DNA of 64,000 bases from an uncultured archaeon (GCA_938083505.1 CALKCF010000006.1:96001-160000), one strand, 5' to 3'. Shown: positions 49,269-58,860, counted from the stretch's first letter. Notes: generated by a model not told the origin, from the sequence alone. A program made the numbers and translations.

Positions 49269-52130
49269 GTGGGTGAGCTGACAAGCGAGAATGTATTGGA
49301 ACTGTTGGCAAAGCCCGTCAGAGTAGCTTTTATCGAAAGGTTCAGAGAGCTGACCCCACCTCAGATCGAAAGCATACCAAAGATACTGGCGGGTAAAAAC
49401 CTATTATTAATGGCGCCAACTGGTACTGGAAAGACTGAGGCTGCCCTTTTACCCATACTTAGTAACCTACTACAAAACCCTGGACTTCCAGGAATAAAGG
49501 CACTTTACATAACTCCGCTTCGTGCACTCAACCGGGACCTGTTGGAAAGGTTTGACTGGTGGGCCAAGAAGTTAGACATCAAAGTTTCTGTCAGGCATGG
49601 AGACACTGCGGTCGCGGAGAGAAGGACGCAAACACTTATCCCCCCAGACATACTGATAACGACCCCTGAGACGCTCCAAGCAATTCTGTGCGGAAAGGTC
49701 CTCAGGAAGCATTTGAAGGGAGTAAAGTGGGTCATCGTTGATGAGGTTCACGAGCTTGCTACAGATAAGAGAGGTGCACAACTTTCTATAGCGCTTGAGA
49801 GATTATTAGAAATAGTCGGTTCAGAGTTTCAGAGGATTGGCCTCTCAGCTACAATCGGCAGCCCGGAGATCGTAGCCAAATTCTTAGTTGGGCCCGGAAG
49901 GGGGTGCGAGATCGTAATGGTTCCAGTGGCTAAGGGTATGAAGATAGACGTCCTTTACCCTGTACCGGATGATGAGGATGTCATGCTGGCTGAGGAGCTT
50001 GCGATCTTGCCAGACGTGGCGTCAAGGCTTAGGACTATAAGGAGGCTTGTGGAGTTGCATGGTTCAACGCTGATATTCACGAATACGAGACCTTTGGCCG
50101 AGGTCTTGACTAACAGATTTAGGGCATGGGACGAGAGTTTCAGTGTGGGCATACATCATGGCTCACTGGCGAAGTCCGCAAGGATATCGACGGAGCAAGG
50201 CCTAAAGACCGGTGCGTTACTCGGAATAGTCTGCACATCGTCTCTAGAGCTCGGTATAGATGTAGGCAGGATAGACCTCTGCATACAGTACAACTCGCCT
50301 AGGGAAGTAACAAGACTCATACAGAGGGTCGGTAGGAGTGGCCACAGAATAGGAAAGATCGCGAAGGGTGTCATACTGGTTATGGACTCAGACGATGCTC
50401 TTGAGTCTATAGTTATAGCCAGAAGGGCGCTCATGGAAAAACTGGAGGAAGTCAGGATACCTACGAATTGTCTCGACGTACTAATGCATCAACTGGCTGG
50501 GCTCCTAATAGAGTACGGTCGTGTTAATGTAGAAGATGCTTTAAGGATATTCAGTCGAGCATATGGTTTCTCAGAACTCGACAAGCATAAGCTCCTAAAG
50601 GTCCTTGAGCATATGAAGGGGTTAAATATTTGCGTGCTTACCGACGACGGCTACTTTTGGAAACCTATAAACTCTAAACCCCTTTATGATTACTATTTCG
50701 GAAACCTTTCCATGATACCTGAAGAGAAACAGTACTTAGTCATTCAGGAGAACACGGGAGAGCCCGTAGGTATACTTGATGAGGAATTCGTCGCAGAGTA
50801 TGGTGAGCCAGGAACGAGGTTCATATTAATTGGCAAAGTATGGGAGATTCTCAGCACGCTTGGTGAAAAGATCTATGTCAGAAAGCTGGACGAGTATGAA
50901 GGTGCGGTGCCTTCATGGGTGGGCGACGAGATACCAGTACCTTACGAGGTGGCAGAAGAAGTTGGCATTATAAGAGCAGAGTACGAGGAGCGCCTTCGCA
51001 AAGGTGAGTCGCATGACACTATCTGTGCTCATATAGCAAAGAGGTACGGTGTGTCGGAAGAGCTAATTTCGAGAAGTACATCCGAGATCAGGGCACATAT
51101 TGACTCAGGGATACCCGTACCCACGAACAGGAGGATACTCGTGGAAAAGTCAGGAGAATACACCATAATACACATACATGGAGGGCTTAGGATAAACAGG
51201 ACTTTAGCTAAAGCCATTTCGTTCTTAGTATCCGAGAGAATCGGGATGCCACTCGCCGTCCAGCAAGACCCCTACAGAATCGTCATAAGATCGAAACACG
51301 TTAACCCAGAGCACATCGTTAATGCTTTAAAGAATTTATCTGAGGGGAGTTTCGGAGAAATATTAAGGAAAGCTATTGAGGGCTCAACGCTGTTCAGGAG
51401 AAGGTTAGTCCATGTTGTAAGGAAGATGGGTGTTGTCAGCAAAGAGGCAAGCATAGTCGACGTTAACCTTTCAAAAATAGTTGAAGTGTTAAAAGGCACG
51501 GTAGTTTACGATGAAGCAATGTCATATTGTTTGTTCCAAGATTTTGATGAGCGTGGCGCATACGAACTTCTCCGCTCTATTCTTATGGGAAAATACGAGC
51601 TCGTAACATATTCATCACTCGATGCCGCGAGCCCATCGCCCTTGGCTTTACTCACGCTTAGGCGTTACCAGGAGGCCTATGAAGCAGTATCTTCGGACGG
51701 GATTGAAAGGCTAGTTTTGATGGCAGTAAGGGCCAGGCTTATGAATGAAACGGGCGTCCTCATCTGTTCTGAGTGTTATCAGTACTTCGATAAGGTGACG
51801 GTCAAGGACGTTGACGAAAGACCCTCATGCCCTGTATGCGGCTCGAGAAAACTTGGTTTCCTAAAGAACGAGGTTGAGGATGTTTATGGCCTGATATCCA
51901 GAAAGGGCAAACCAATGAGTAGAAAGGAGAAAGAGTTGTTAAAAGAAATAGAAAGAAGTTCGGATTTGGTGGAGAAGTACGGGAAGACCGCCCTCGTGGC
52001 CCTATCAGGAAAGGGATTTACCGTGAATGATGCTGTCAAGATTCTGGAGAAAGAAGGGAGTTTAACGAATAGATTAATACAACACATAATAGAGGAGGAG
52101 AAGAAGAAATTGATTGCAACATTCAAATAG
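49269..52130 (+). CDS. lhr: Lhr-family SF2 helicase with C-terminal Cys-rich motif
   Basis: APTGTGKT, PLRALNRD, DEVHE, SAT, HHGSL, QRVGRSGH, PSWVGD; C-terminal CSEC...CPVC. Confidence 0.95.
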   Translation: MGELTSENVLELLAKPVRVAFIERFRELTPPQIESIPKILAGKNLLLMAPTGTGKTEAALLPILSNLLQNPGLPGIKALYITPLRALNRDLLERFDWWAKKLDIKVSVRHGDTAVAERRTQTLIPPDILITTPETLQAILCGKVLRKHLKGVKWVIVDEVHELATDKRGAQLSIALERLLEIVGSEFQRIGLSATIGSPEIVAKFLVGPGRGCEIVMVPVAKGMKIDVLYPVPDDEDVMLAEELAILPDVASRLRTIRRLVELHGSTLIFTNTRPLAEVLTNRFRAWDESFSVGIHHGSLAKSARISTEQGLKTGALLGIVCTSSLELGIDVGRIDLCIQYNSPREVTRLIQRVGRSGHRIGKIAKGVILVMDSDDALESIVIARRALMEKLEEVRIPTNCLDVLMHQLAGLLIEYGRVNVEDALRIFSRAYGFSELDKHKLLKVLEHMKGLNICVLTDDGYFWKPINSKPLYDYYFGNLSMIPEEKQYLVIQENTGEPVGILDEEFVAEYGEPGTRFILIGKVWEILSTLGEKIYVRKLDEYEGAVPSWVGDEIPVPYEVAEEVGIIRAEYEERLRKGESHDTICAHIAKRYGVSEELISRSTSEIRAHIDSGIPVPTNRRILVEKSGEYTIIHIHGGLRINRTLAKAISFLVSERIGMPLAVQQDPYRIVIRSKHVNPEHIVNALKNLSEGSFGEILRKAIEGSTLFRRRLVHVVRKMGVVSKEASIVDVNLSKIVEVLKGTVVYDEAMSYCLFQDFDERGAYELLRSILMGKYELVTYSSLDAASPSPLALLTLRRYQEAYEAVSSDGIERLVLMAVRARLMNETGVLICSECYQYFDKVTVKDVDERPSCPVCGSRKLGFLKNEVEDVYGLISRKGKPMSRKEKELLKEIERSSDLVEKYGKTALVALSGKGFTVNDAVKILEKEGSLTNRLIQHIIEEEKKKLIATFK

Positions 52131-52147
52131 CATGTTGAGGTGTTTTT

Positions 52148-52582
52148 ATGGGTAAGGAATATCCAAAGATGCCGGTTGTCGCCGTAGGTGCCTTAATACT
52201 TCAAGACCGCAACATACTTCTCGTTAGAAGGACGAACGAGCCCGGCAAGGGAAAGTGGTCGATCCCGGGCGGCACTGTCGAACTCGGAGAATCGTTGAAG
52301 GATGCTGTAGCCAGGGAAGTTTATGAGGAAACAGGTCTTGTGGTTGAGGTGTCCGAGTTGCTAGACATAATCGAAGTTATCAGGAGAGACGACGCTGGTA
52401 AAATAGTCTTCCATTATGTAATTCTCGATTACCTGGCTAAACCTGTTGGCGGTACGCTTAGGGCTGCATCCGACGCTTCTGACGTCATATGGGCATCTGT
52501 GGACGAGATCATGAATATGGAGATTACGGATAGCCTAAGAAAGATGCTTCGTAAGCTGAAAGAAAAAGGATTCTTTAGCTAG
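52148..52582 (+). CDS. Nudix hydrolase (ADP-ribose pyrophosphatase-like)
   Basis: Nudix box GG-VE-GE---A-RE--EETG; HYVILDY. Confidence 0.93.
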   Translation: MGKEYPKMPVVAVGALILQDRNILLVRRTNEPGKGKWSIPGGTVELGESLKDAVAREVYEETGLVVEVSELLDIIEVIRRDDAGKIVFHYVILDYLAKPVGGTLRAASDASDVIWASVDEIMNMEITDSLRKMLRKLKEKGFFS

Positions 52583-53208
52583 GCTTCCTCTTTTGTATTG
52601 TCCCTCCGTTGGTTTTGTTGGGGCGAGGCGATCTCCGTTATTGCCTTAAGTAACTCTTTTTCATCAACTTCTGCCAACGTCCTCCACCCGACTTTTATCA
52701 TGTCATCCTCAAATTTCGTAAGGTATCCTTTCTTAGTAAATCGCTCTATAACAGCCTCTACCCTCTGTCTTGGAAACTTTATCTCCAGGAGCTCCACCAG
52801 CTCCTTCTCGGAAGCCTTACCACCCTTCGTGAATATGTAGGAGAATACTGCAGCTAAGATTGCGACGTCCTCTATGTTCCAACCTGCGGCCACTATATCA
52901 GCGACAGAGAGCGGTTCGGAGAGTGTGACGAAAAACCTAGCCTTATCAAAGTCATCTCGAGCCGGGCTATCACTCGACAGTTGATCGAATACTATCTTTA
53001 CTCTAAGACCTATGCTATTCAATCTATTGTTCAACGCATCGATTATCTTGAGGTAATTCTTACCCAACCTCCTACGTAGTTCCCAACCCCTGACACCTGG
53101 AAGCTTATGACTTGAGAAGAGAAGCATGCTGGTGGCTATCATTAACTTCTTAGCTGTTCGTTCGGTCTCACTTTTTCTGTCTTCCAAGATCCTTTGACAC
53201 CTCCCCAC
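52579..53208 (-). CDS. KITE-like tandem winged-helix protein (Nse1/Nse3/ScpB-like)
   Basis: Two wHTH-like halves (IIDALNNRLNSIGL; F-KKGYL...VGWRTLAEVD); third gene of the SMC operon. Confidence 0.7.
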   Translation of the reverse strand: MGRCQRILEDRKSETERTAKKLMIATSMLLFSSHKLPGVRGWELRRRLGKNYLKIIDALNNRLNSIGLRVKIVFDQLSSDSPARDDFDKARFFVTLSEPLSVADIVAAGWNIEDVAILAAVFSYIFTKGGKASEKELVELLEIKFPRQRVEAVIERFTKKGYLTKFEDDMIKVGWRTLAEVDEKELLKAITEIASPQQNQRRDNTKEEA

Positions 53209-53959
53209 CTCTTAATGAGACCACGAATGCTGCTACCTTCTCTCTCTTACGTTTTGAGAGAAACGGTATCACTTTTATCTCCCCAGTAAGGGGGTTCTTC
53301 TTTATCTCCGCTAAACCTTCACTGACGACGAAGCTGAGTACATAGGCTCTCCATACTGTCTCCTCAAAGGTGTCAGCCTTCACTATGGACCAATAATCTA
53401 CTTCACCATCGCTTCCTGCCATCATGAGACAACTTTCGTGCATTCTCCTCACTTCCTCTTCTAACGTTACATCCTTCGCGTAACCAACCCCCTTTAAGAT
53501 ATGCAATGCATCCTCCTGAGTTGCCGGAAGTTTCTCATAAGCCCTATCCTTAGGCGGCAACATTAAGAAATACTCTATCCCCTGCCTTAGCCTGTAAAGT
53601 GTAAGCTGTTCGGCTCTGACGATTGGTCTCCAGCTCCTAGCGAGTGCCGCAGCCAACTGCTTCGGTTCGGCAGAGGTTATCTTGAGCGACACCAATTGAC
53701 TGTCTATGAAGAGCGACGAGGTCCTTTCCTTCAACCACTTTTGTTGTAGCGATATCAAAACGGCTATCTTATAAAGCGTCTCAGCATCGAGGATTATAAT
53801 GTCCAAATCCTTATACTCTTCCAATATGCGTCTTAGCTTCATTAGGAGCTCCTTCACATTGACGGAGAATGGGTCCAGACCTTTATTCTCGATAGACTCG
53901 CAAAGCGCTATTATCCTCTCCAGCTCCTCTCTACTTATTGCCTTTTTTTCACGAGACAT
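53168..53959 (-). CDS. Kleisin (ScpA/Nse4-like)
   Basis: N-terminal LDPFSVNVKELL resembles ScpA 'DPWDIDI'; C-terminal wHTH-like segment (AYVLSFVVSEG); directly downstream of the SMC gene. Confidence 0.7.
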   Translation of the reverse strand: MSREKKAISREELERIIALCESIENKGLDPFSVNVKELLMKLRRILEEYKDLDIIILDAETLYKIAVLISLQQKWLKERTSSLFIDSQLVSLKITSAEPKQLAAALARSWRPIVRAEQLTLYRLRQGIEYFLMLPPKDRAYEKLPATQEDALHILKGVGYAKDVTLEEEVRRMHESCLMMAGSDGEVDYWSIVKADTFEETVWRAYVLSFVVSEGLAEIKKNPLTGEIKVIPFLSKRKREKVAAFVVSLRGGEVSKDLGRQKK

Positions 53960-53965
53960 ACTGCA

Positions 53966-55753
53966 TTACCTTTCTACCACACCAACTGACGACTTTCCGC
54001 TGACGTTTTGGACGAGTATAACATTTGTATCATCGTCCACGTTTATGTAACCGGGCGTTATTATTATGTACTGAACGTACGGATCGGCCTTGGCGGTTGC
54101 CGTCAACATCTTTATCATTCTTTCCCGATTAAGCGGATCTAAGTGGACATCGAACTCATCGACAGCCCTGAACGGCGACTTAACGTACTTTTGCAGTGCA
54201 AGAAGGAAGGCGAGCGTCGCCACTATCCTCTCACCACCGCTTTGCGTATGGGAGTCTAAGAGTACGGGTTCGACGCCCCTGAAACCAACATAAAGGTCAA
54301 GAGATGCCTTCTCGATATCCTCTAAGTTACGTAGGGATATCTTACCATTCGCATCAACAAACTTTAGTATTTGGATATAAGCCGGTTCGACCTCATCCAC
54401 GAGCTCCCTTAGGAACCTCCTCCAAACTTCCTTTCTACGCTCAACTTCTTCCTTTGTCTTCTGTATGTTCTCAGATAACTGCTTGGCCTTCATCTCGACC
54501 TCGCTGTACTTAGCATCCGCTAAGATGTACATTTCTTCGGCGTTGGGTGTCACATTACCCAGGGAGCTTATTTGGATCTCTAGGATCTTCAAGTCCTCCT
54601 GGATTTCCGTCGGTTTTCTGCTGGTCTCGATTCGAGGCCCTTTCAGCTCAGCCTCAGACATCTGGGATGCGAGCTTAGTCTTCAGCTCGCTTAACTGGGA
54701 CTTTAGTTTTCTCACCTCAGATTCCGTTAGATGTATCTTGAACCCTGCGACTCCTTCCTGTACCTTCTCCTTGATGAGTTCATCCATCAACCCATCTATC
54801 TTTTTTTCCAAATCGTCTAAAACTTCATACGTTTGAGATGTCGTCTCCCTTAATTGGCGCACTGTTTCACGAATCTTCTCGCGTAAAGCCCTGGCCCTTA
54901 ACTCGCACTCCCTAGCCTCTTTGTCCAAACCCTCAATCTCTAAAACAAGTGAAGCGATTTTATCCTCAACCCTCTTTACATCGTTCTCTAGTGCTATAAC
55001 TTGAGACCATGCAAGCTCTCTTTCGAGTTCAAATCTATGCTCCTCAAACCTCCTGAGCTTTATCAGCTTCTCGTACTCTTCTTTCCAGTATTCAACGGTT
55101 GCCCTGGCTTCTTCTAGCGTCTTCTTGAAGTTCACTTCCTCTGTTAGTAACATGTTCAGCTTAGCCTCGGCATCCAATATCCTTTCCCTAAGTCTCGATG
55201 CGCCTACGGCATCCTCGACCATCTGGAGCTTCTCAATACTGCTTTTGGTGACGAACTGCTCTATCATGTTCTGGTGCATTATGATGAGCATATTATTGGG
55301 GTTAATGCCCACCTGCTTAAGCAAATGATCGACCTCGGCCTTTGTCATGAATCTGTTGTTCACATAGTGCCAGTAGTCCCCATTCCTCTTCAGGTATCTT
55401 GCGACGGATACTGTGTCTGTATTTATCGTTTTGAATGCTCTTTTGCCGTTGTGAGCGCTATTGTCAAACACTACGGTGACCCTAGCAACATCCTTTCCGC
55501 GACGTATTAGGTCGCTTAGCCGCTCGCCCCTCTCTGTGTAAGTCTGACCAAGGGCAACGGATATTCCAAGGAGTATTGAGGACTTTCCAGCACCGTTGGG
55601 TCCCATTATAACATTAAGGCCTGGTCTCAGCGGTATCCTGGAGTATTCGTGGGACATGAAGTTCTCCAGGATTACCTCCTTTATGTGTGGTACAGACTTA
55701 GCCCTTTGCTTTAACTCGAGCCTTTCCGCAGACCGTTCGTCCGTATCTTCCAC
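53966..55753 (-). CDS. Short hinge-less SMC ATPase, Smc5/6-related (ClsN/coalescin-like)
   Basis: LENFMSH, Walker A GPNGAGKS, Q-loop, coiled coil, signature QSGGE, Walker B PFRAVDEFD, QYIIITP. Confidence 0.92.
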   Translation of the reverse strand: MEDTDERSAERLELKQRAKSVPHIKEVILENFMSHEYSRIPLRPGLNVIMGPNGAGKSSILLGISVALGQTYTERGERLSDLIRRGKDVARVTVVFDNSAHNGKRAFKTINTDTVSVARYLKRNGDYWHYVNNRFMTKAEVDHLLKQVGINPNNMLIIMHQNMIEQFVTKSSIEKLQMVEDAVGASRLRERILDAEAKLNMLLTEEVNFKKTLEEARATVEYWKEEYEKLIKLRRFEEHRFELERELAWSQVIALENDVKRVEDKIASLVLEIEGLDKEARECELRARALREKIRETVRQLRETTSQTYEVLDDLEKKIDGLMDELIKEKVQEGVAGFKIHLTESEVRKLKSQLSELKTKLASQMSEAELKGPRIETSRKPTEIQEDLKILEIQISSLGNVTPNAEEMYILADAKYSEVEMKAKQLSENIQKTKEEVERRKEVWRRFLRELVDEVEPAYIQILKFVDANGKISLRNLEDIEKASLDLYVGFRGVEPVLLDSHTQSGGERIVATLAFLLALQKYVKSPFRAVDEFDVHLDPLNRERMIKMLTATAKADPYVQYIIITPGYINVDDDTNVILVQNVSGKSSVGVVER

Positions 55754-55931
55754 TTTGGGAGTTCTCCTCCTTTTGTCCTTGATTCTAACTGCAGTATATT
55801 TAGTTTACCGGAAAGCTGATTGAGTTCGGAATGCCTTAAATTCTAAGGACCTCAATACTGCATGTTTGGCCATGATTTAGTAATTTTTATAATATTTTTG
55901 ACGAAAACCTGCGACACTTGTCAAAAACATG

Positions 55932-56153
55932 CTAACCCTTCCAGAAGTGCGGCATGCTAGGCCCTACCACCGGTGATGAAAGCCTGCGTCTTCTCTTGCT
56001 GTGGTTATTGTACCTAGCCTTACGGCGCCTCTTTATAAATTCCTTAACGAATGCTGAGAGCTTAGGAAGTAATCTTTCGGCGCTCATCCATAAAACTATA
56101 AGTATGATCGAGAAGACAACAGACTCTATTATTATGCTCGATAGGTTCAGCAT
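55932..56153 (-). CDS. Putative small single-TM protein
   Basis: ATG ORF with hydrophobic N-terminus and basic tail. Confidence 0.5.
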   Translation of the reverse strand: MLNLSSIIIESVVFSIILIVLWMSAERLLPKLSAFVKEFIKRRRKARYNNHSKRRRRLSSPVVGPSMPHFWKG

Positions 56154-56385
56154 AGAGGATCACCCAGAGGTTCCAATACCACTTGGACGCTTTAACGTTT
56201 TTGTTCCATGAATTTCGTTTTACATGGCTTATTTTCAGCAAAAAAGCGTCATATAATCCCTATTTTTCCATAAAACCATTTTATTTTTGAATTGGCGCGC
56301 GAAGGCCGTTATAATGGCAAAATTCTATAAACAGAGAACATAGGACACTATTTTGTTTATAGAGGTAGTGTATAGTGTCGCTTAG

Positions 56386-56490
56386 CACCTTTATCCGTGC
56401 ATACTGGTCGAGTGACGATTTTAAAGGCCTGGCCGAAAACTTGCCAGGCTAGCCCATGAAAGTTTAATGAGGTACCAGTAAACGACAATT
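56386..56490 (+). ncRNA. Candidate structured small RNA
   Basis: Nested stems TACTGGT/ACCAGTA and GGCCTGGC/GCCAGGCT plus GCAC/GTGC; TATA-like TTTATAGA at 56356. Confidence 0.3.
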
Positions 56491-56516
56491 TATAAGAAAA
56501 GAAAGGGAGTCTACTT

Positions 56517-56936
56517 ATGACAAAGATCGAAACGAAGACTACGCTTGAGAAGTTCAGGAAGTTCGTGATAAGCAACTGCTGTGCGTCTTTCATCCCCAAA
56601 GAGTACATGGAGGATCCCACAGTTTTCCCGGAAAGGGACCCACCAGATGGTACGATTCATGTGGAGGCAGTATCTAAGGTCCCCCTCAATCAGATCAGGA
56701 ACGTGAGGTTCGTGAAGGTTGCTGAGGTTCTCGGTGTTCTATATTCCTCCAAGAGCGGCAACACGAATCTGAAGTGGAGGCAGATTAAGGGTAATATCGG
56801 CAAGCTCAGCGGTTATGCTTCTCCTAACTCCATAGTGAACCTATTGCATGTAGGTATACTAACACCCAGCCAGATACAGCAAATACTTTCCGCTTCAAAA
56901 GCGTCCCAGCAGGGCATGGAGGACAAAGAGGAATAA
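56517..56936 (+). CDS. Hypothetical protein (139 aa)
   Basis: Protein-like composition; TTTATAAG begins 28 bp upstream of the ATG (leaderless promoter geometry). Confidence 0.8.
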   Translation: MTKIETKTTLEKFRKFVISNCCASFIPKEYMEDPTVFPERDPPDGTIHVEAVSKVPLNQIRNVRFVKVAEVLGVLYSSKSGNTNLKWRQIKGNIGKLSGYASPNSIVNLLHVGILTPSQIQQILSASKASQQGMEDKEE

Positions 56937-56978
56937 CCAGAACACTACAGTGACGTGGGTCGATGGTACTGTGCTGTT

Positions 56979-57021
56979 TTAGTTCAGCTCCGCCGAAATT
57001 TTTTCTACGTAGCTGAACTAA
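56979..57021. terminator. Hairpin TTAGTTCAGCT/AGCTGAACTAA between convergent genes
   Basis: 11-bp perfect inverted repeat with a T-tract in the loop. Confidence 0.45.
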
Positions 57022-57030
57022 TTCCGCGAC

Positions 57031-58314
57031 CTACTCAGCCAGTTGTGCAACATCCTTATAGTCCTCGATGTACTTGTTGGTGTACTTCGTTCCTGGTGGT
57101 ATTGTCAGGTACGGGTTTACCCTCGTCCCGATAAGCTTGCAACCCTCTCTTATTCTTACTGCGTTACCTATGACTGAGTATTCGCCAATGTATGTTGAAT
57201 TATTCTTAGAGGATTCTATGACTGACTTCCTACCGATGATGCTATCCACTATGTAGGCGTTATCACCAATCTTCACACCATCCATTATCGCAGACCTTTC
57301 AATCCTGACGTTTTCTCCTATTATACAATAATTGTCTATACAAGAGTCCCGTATTACCGTGCGCTCACCTATTCTCGTGTGTTTGCCTATTAAGGCCGCA
57401 CCCTCGATGATTATCTTGCCATCCCTGTACTTTCTCAGCATATCATCTCTAATCCTGTTAGACTCATTACCATAATCCTGTATCCATACATTCCTGTCCA
57501 GCTGAACGACGTCTCTTAGTATTCCGACGACGATTGAGCCCCTGAGTATCTCAACCATAGCCCTTAAGTATTCTTTTGGGTTGCCAACATCGTACCAAAT
57601 GGATATCTCGTAGCCGTATACTGGGAAACCCCTGTCCACGAAGTATGGTATCAAGTCATATCCGAAATCTAACCTTCTTCTTTCCTCTAAAATTTTCTTT
57701 ATTTCATCGCCCTTGACGATCTCCCTCAATTCAGGTGATAGCAAGTATATTCCAGCGTTTATCAAGTTGCTTGTTGCCTTTTCAGGTGCCGGCTTCTCTA
57801 CGAATTTTTTTATCCTCATCTCACTATCAATATCAACCACACCATATTCCTCTAGATTTTTCGCTCTAAAGAGGGCGATGGTCATCAATGCACTCTTCTT
57901 CTCGTGCCACCTAATGAAGTCCTCGAGGTTCATATCAAAGATGTTATCACCTTGGACAACTATCACGGGTCCTTTTATGTCATAGTACTCAACGTTTATC
58001 CTATAGGAGTCGGCACTTCCCATATCGTCTACATTCGGCTGGTGCATTATGTGTATTCCTGGCTTTATGGCATACTTTGCAGAAAACCCGGCACCGTCAT
58101 CAAATCGGTCAAAAAGGTCCGTATAATTTGTGTAACCCTGCTCACCTAATATAAAATTTCTTACACCTTGTCTTGCTAACGTAAGCATTGGAAACTCTAT
58201 CAGTGCACGGTTCATGAACCTTACGCATGGTTTAGAAATATCGTACGTTAATGGTCTTAACCTTTTTGCCACACCACCGACAGGTATGAAGCACGTTAGG
58301 TCCTCAGCTTTCAT
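57031..58314 (-). CDS. NDP-sugar pyrophosphorylase with C-terminal LbH domain (mannose-1-P guanylyltransferase/GlgC-like)
   Basis: GG-AKRLRPLT...KP, GSADS, QGD, FVEKP, INAGIY, LDFG-D, W-DVG, hexapeptide C-terminus. Confidence 0.9.
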   Translation of the reverse strand: MKAEDLTCFIPVGGVAKRLRPLTYDISKPCVRFMNRALIEFPMLTLARQGVRNFILGEQGYTNYTDLFDRFDDGAGFSAKYAIKPGIHIMHQPNVDDMGSADSYRINVEYYDIKGPVIVVQGDNIFDMNLEDFIRWHEKKSALMTIALFRAKNLEEYGVVDIDSEMRIKKFVEKPAPEKATSNLINAGIYLLSPELREIVKGDEIKKILEERRRLDFGYDLIPYFVDRGFPVYGYEISIWYDVGNPKEYLRAMVEILRGSIVVGILRDVVQLDRNVWIQDYGNESNRIRDDMLRKYRDGKIIIEGAALIGKHTRIGERTVIRDSCIDNYCIIGENVRIERSAIMDGVKIGDNAYIVDSIIGRKSVIESSKNNSTYIGEYSVIGNAVRIREGCKLIGTRVNPYLTIPPGTKYTNKYIEDYKDVAQLAE

Positions 58315-58347
58315 AAGTAAGAATAATTTTGTAGAGATGTATATATG

Positions 58348-58860
58348 TTATCTAAGCTTGCTTATGCAACGTTCGCATGGTATGTAACCCTTAACATCCG
58401 TATCGTGTATCCAATTACTGAAGTACATTACACACTTTATGTTGCTACAGTGCTGGAGCCCGAGTAGGTGCCCAACCTCGTGACATATCTCCTTAATCAT
58501 CCTCTCATGGTAAAGCGATTCGTTGTAGGGCAAACCATAGAACCTTGGGTCAAGCCTGTACGTCGAAACGACAGCGACACCTTTCAAAGCTATGCCAAAG
58601 CAATAATTCAACCCAGGTGCGTAAATGTCTACGTCGATTAAGAAGAGTAAGAGCTCGTCGGCCCCCTTCATTCTCAAAAGCATTTCAGCGATGGTAACTG
58701 CATTATGTTGTCTTCGCAAAGCATTAAAGCTGTGAAACGTAACGTTGAGTGTTTTTTCATCTACCGTAACATCAAGCCCATAAATTTCCTTTAGACGTTC
58801 CGCGACGACTTCAACAATTCTTCCGAAATGTGTTGACTGAGTCATTCTAAGCCTTTGCAT
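58348..58860 (-). CDS. amzA: Archaemetzincin zinc metalloprotease
   Basis: KE--HEVGHLLGLQHC---CVM-FS...C--C. Confidence 0.95.
   Translation of the reverse strand: MQRLRMTQSTHFGRIVEVVAERLKEIYGLDVTVDEKTLNVTFHSFNALRRQHNAVTIAEMLLRMKGADELLLFLIDVDIYAPGLNYCFGIALKGVAVVSTYRLDPRFYGLPYNESLYHERMIKEICHEVGHLLGLQHCSNIKCVMYFSNWIHDTDVKGYIPCERCISKLR

Noticed and set aside
53966-55753. Rad50/SbcC or Wadjet (JetC) assignment
   Set aside because: No CxxC hook, no adjacent Mre11/SbcD or JetD/Toprim nuclease, and far shorter than JetC.
55895-55927. Inverted repeat TTTTTGAC/GTCAAAAA upstream of the SMC operon
   Set aside because: AT-rich arms directly after the stop of the 73-aa ORF; probably terminator-related, with no second copy to support an operator.
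55972-56000. GGTGATGA as a box C or fluoride riboswitch start
   Set aside because: No properly spaced D/D' boxes and no closing CRCC stem; it lies within a plausible small CDS on the other strand.
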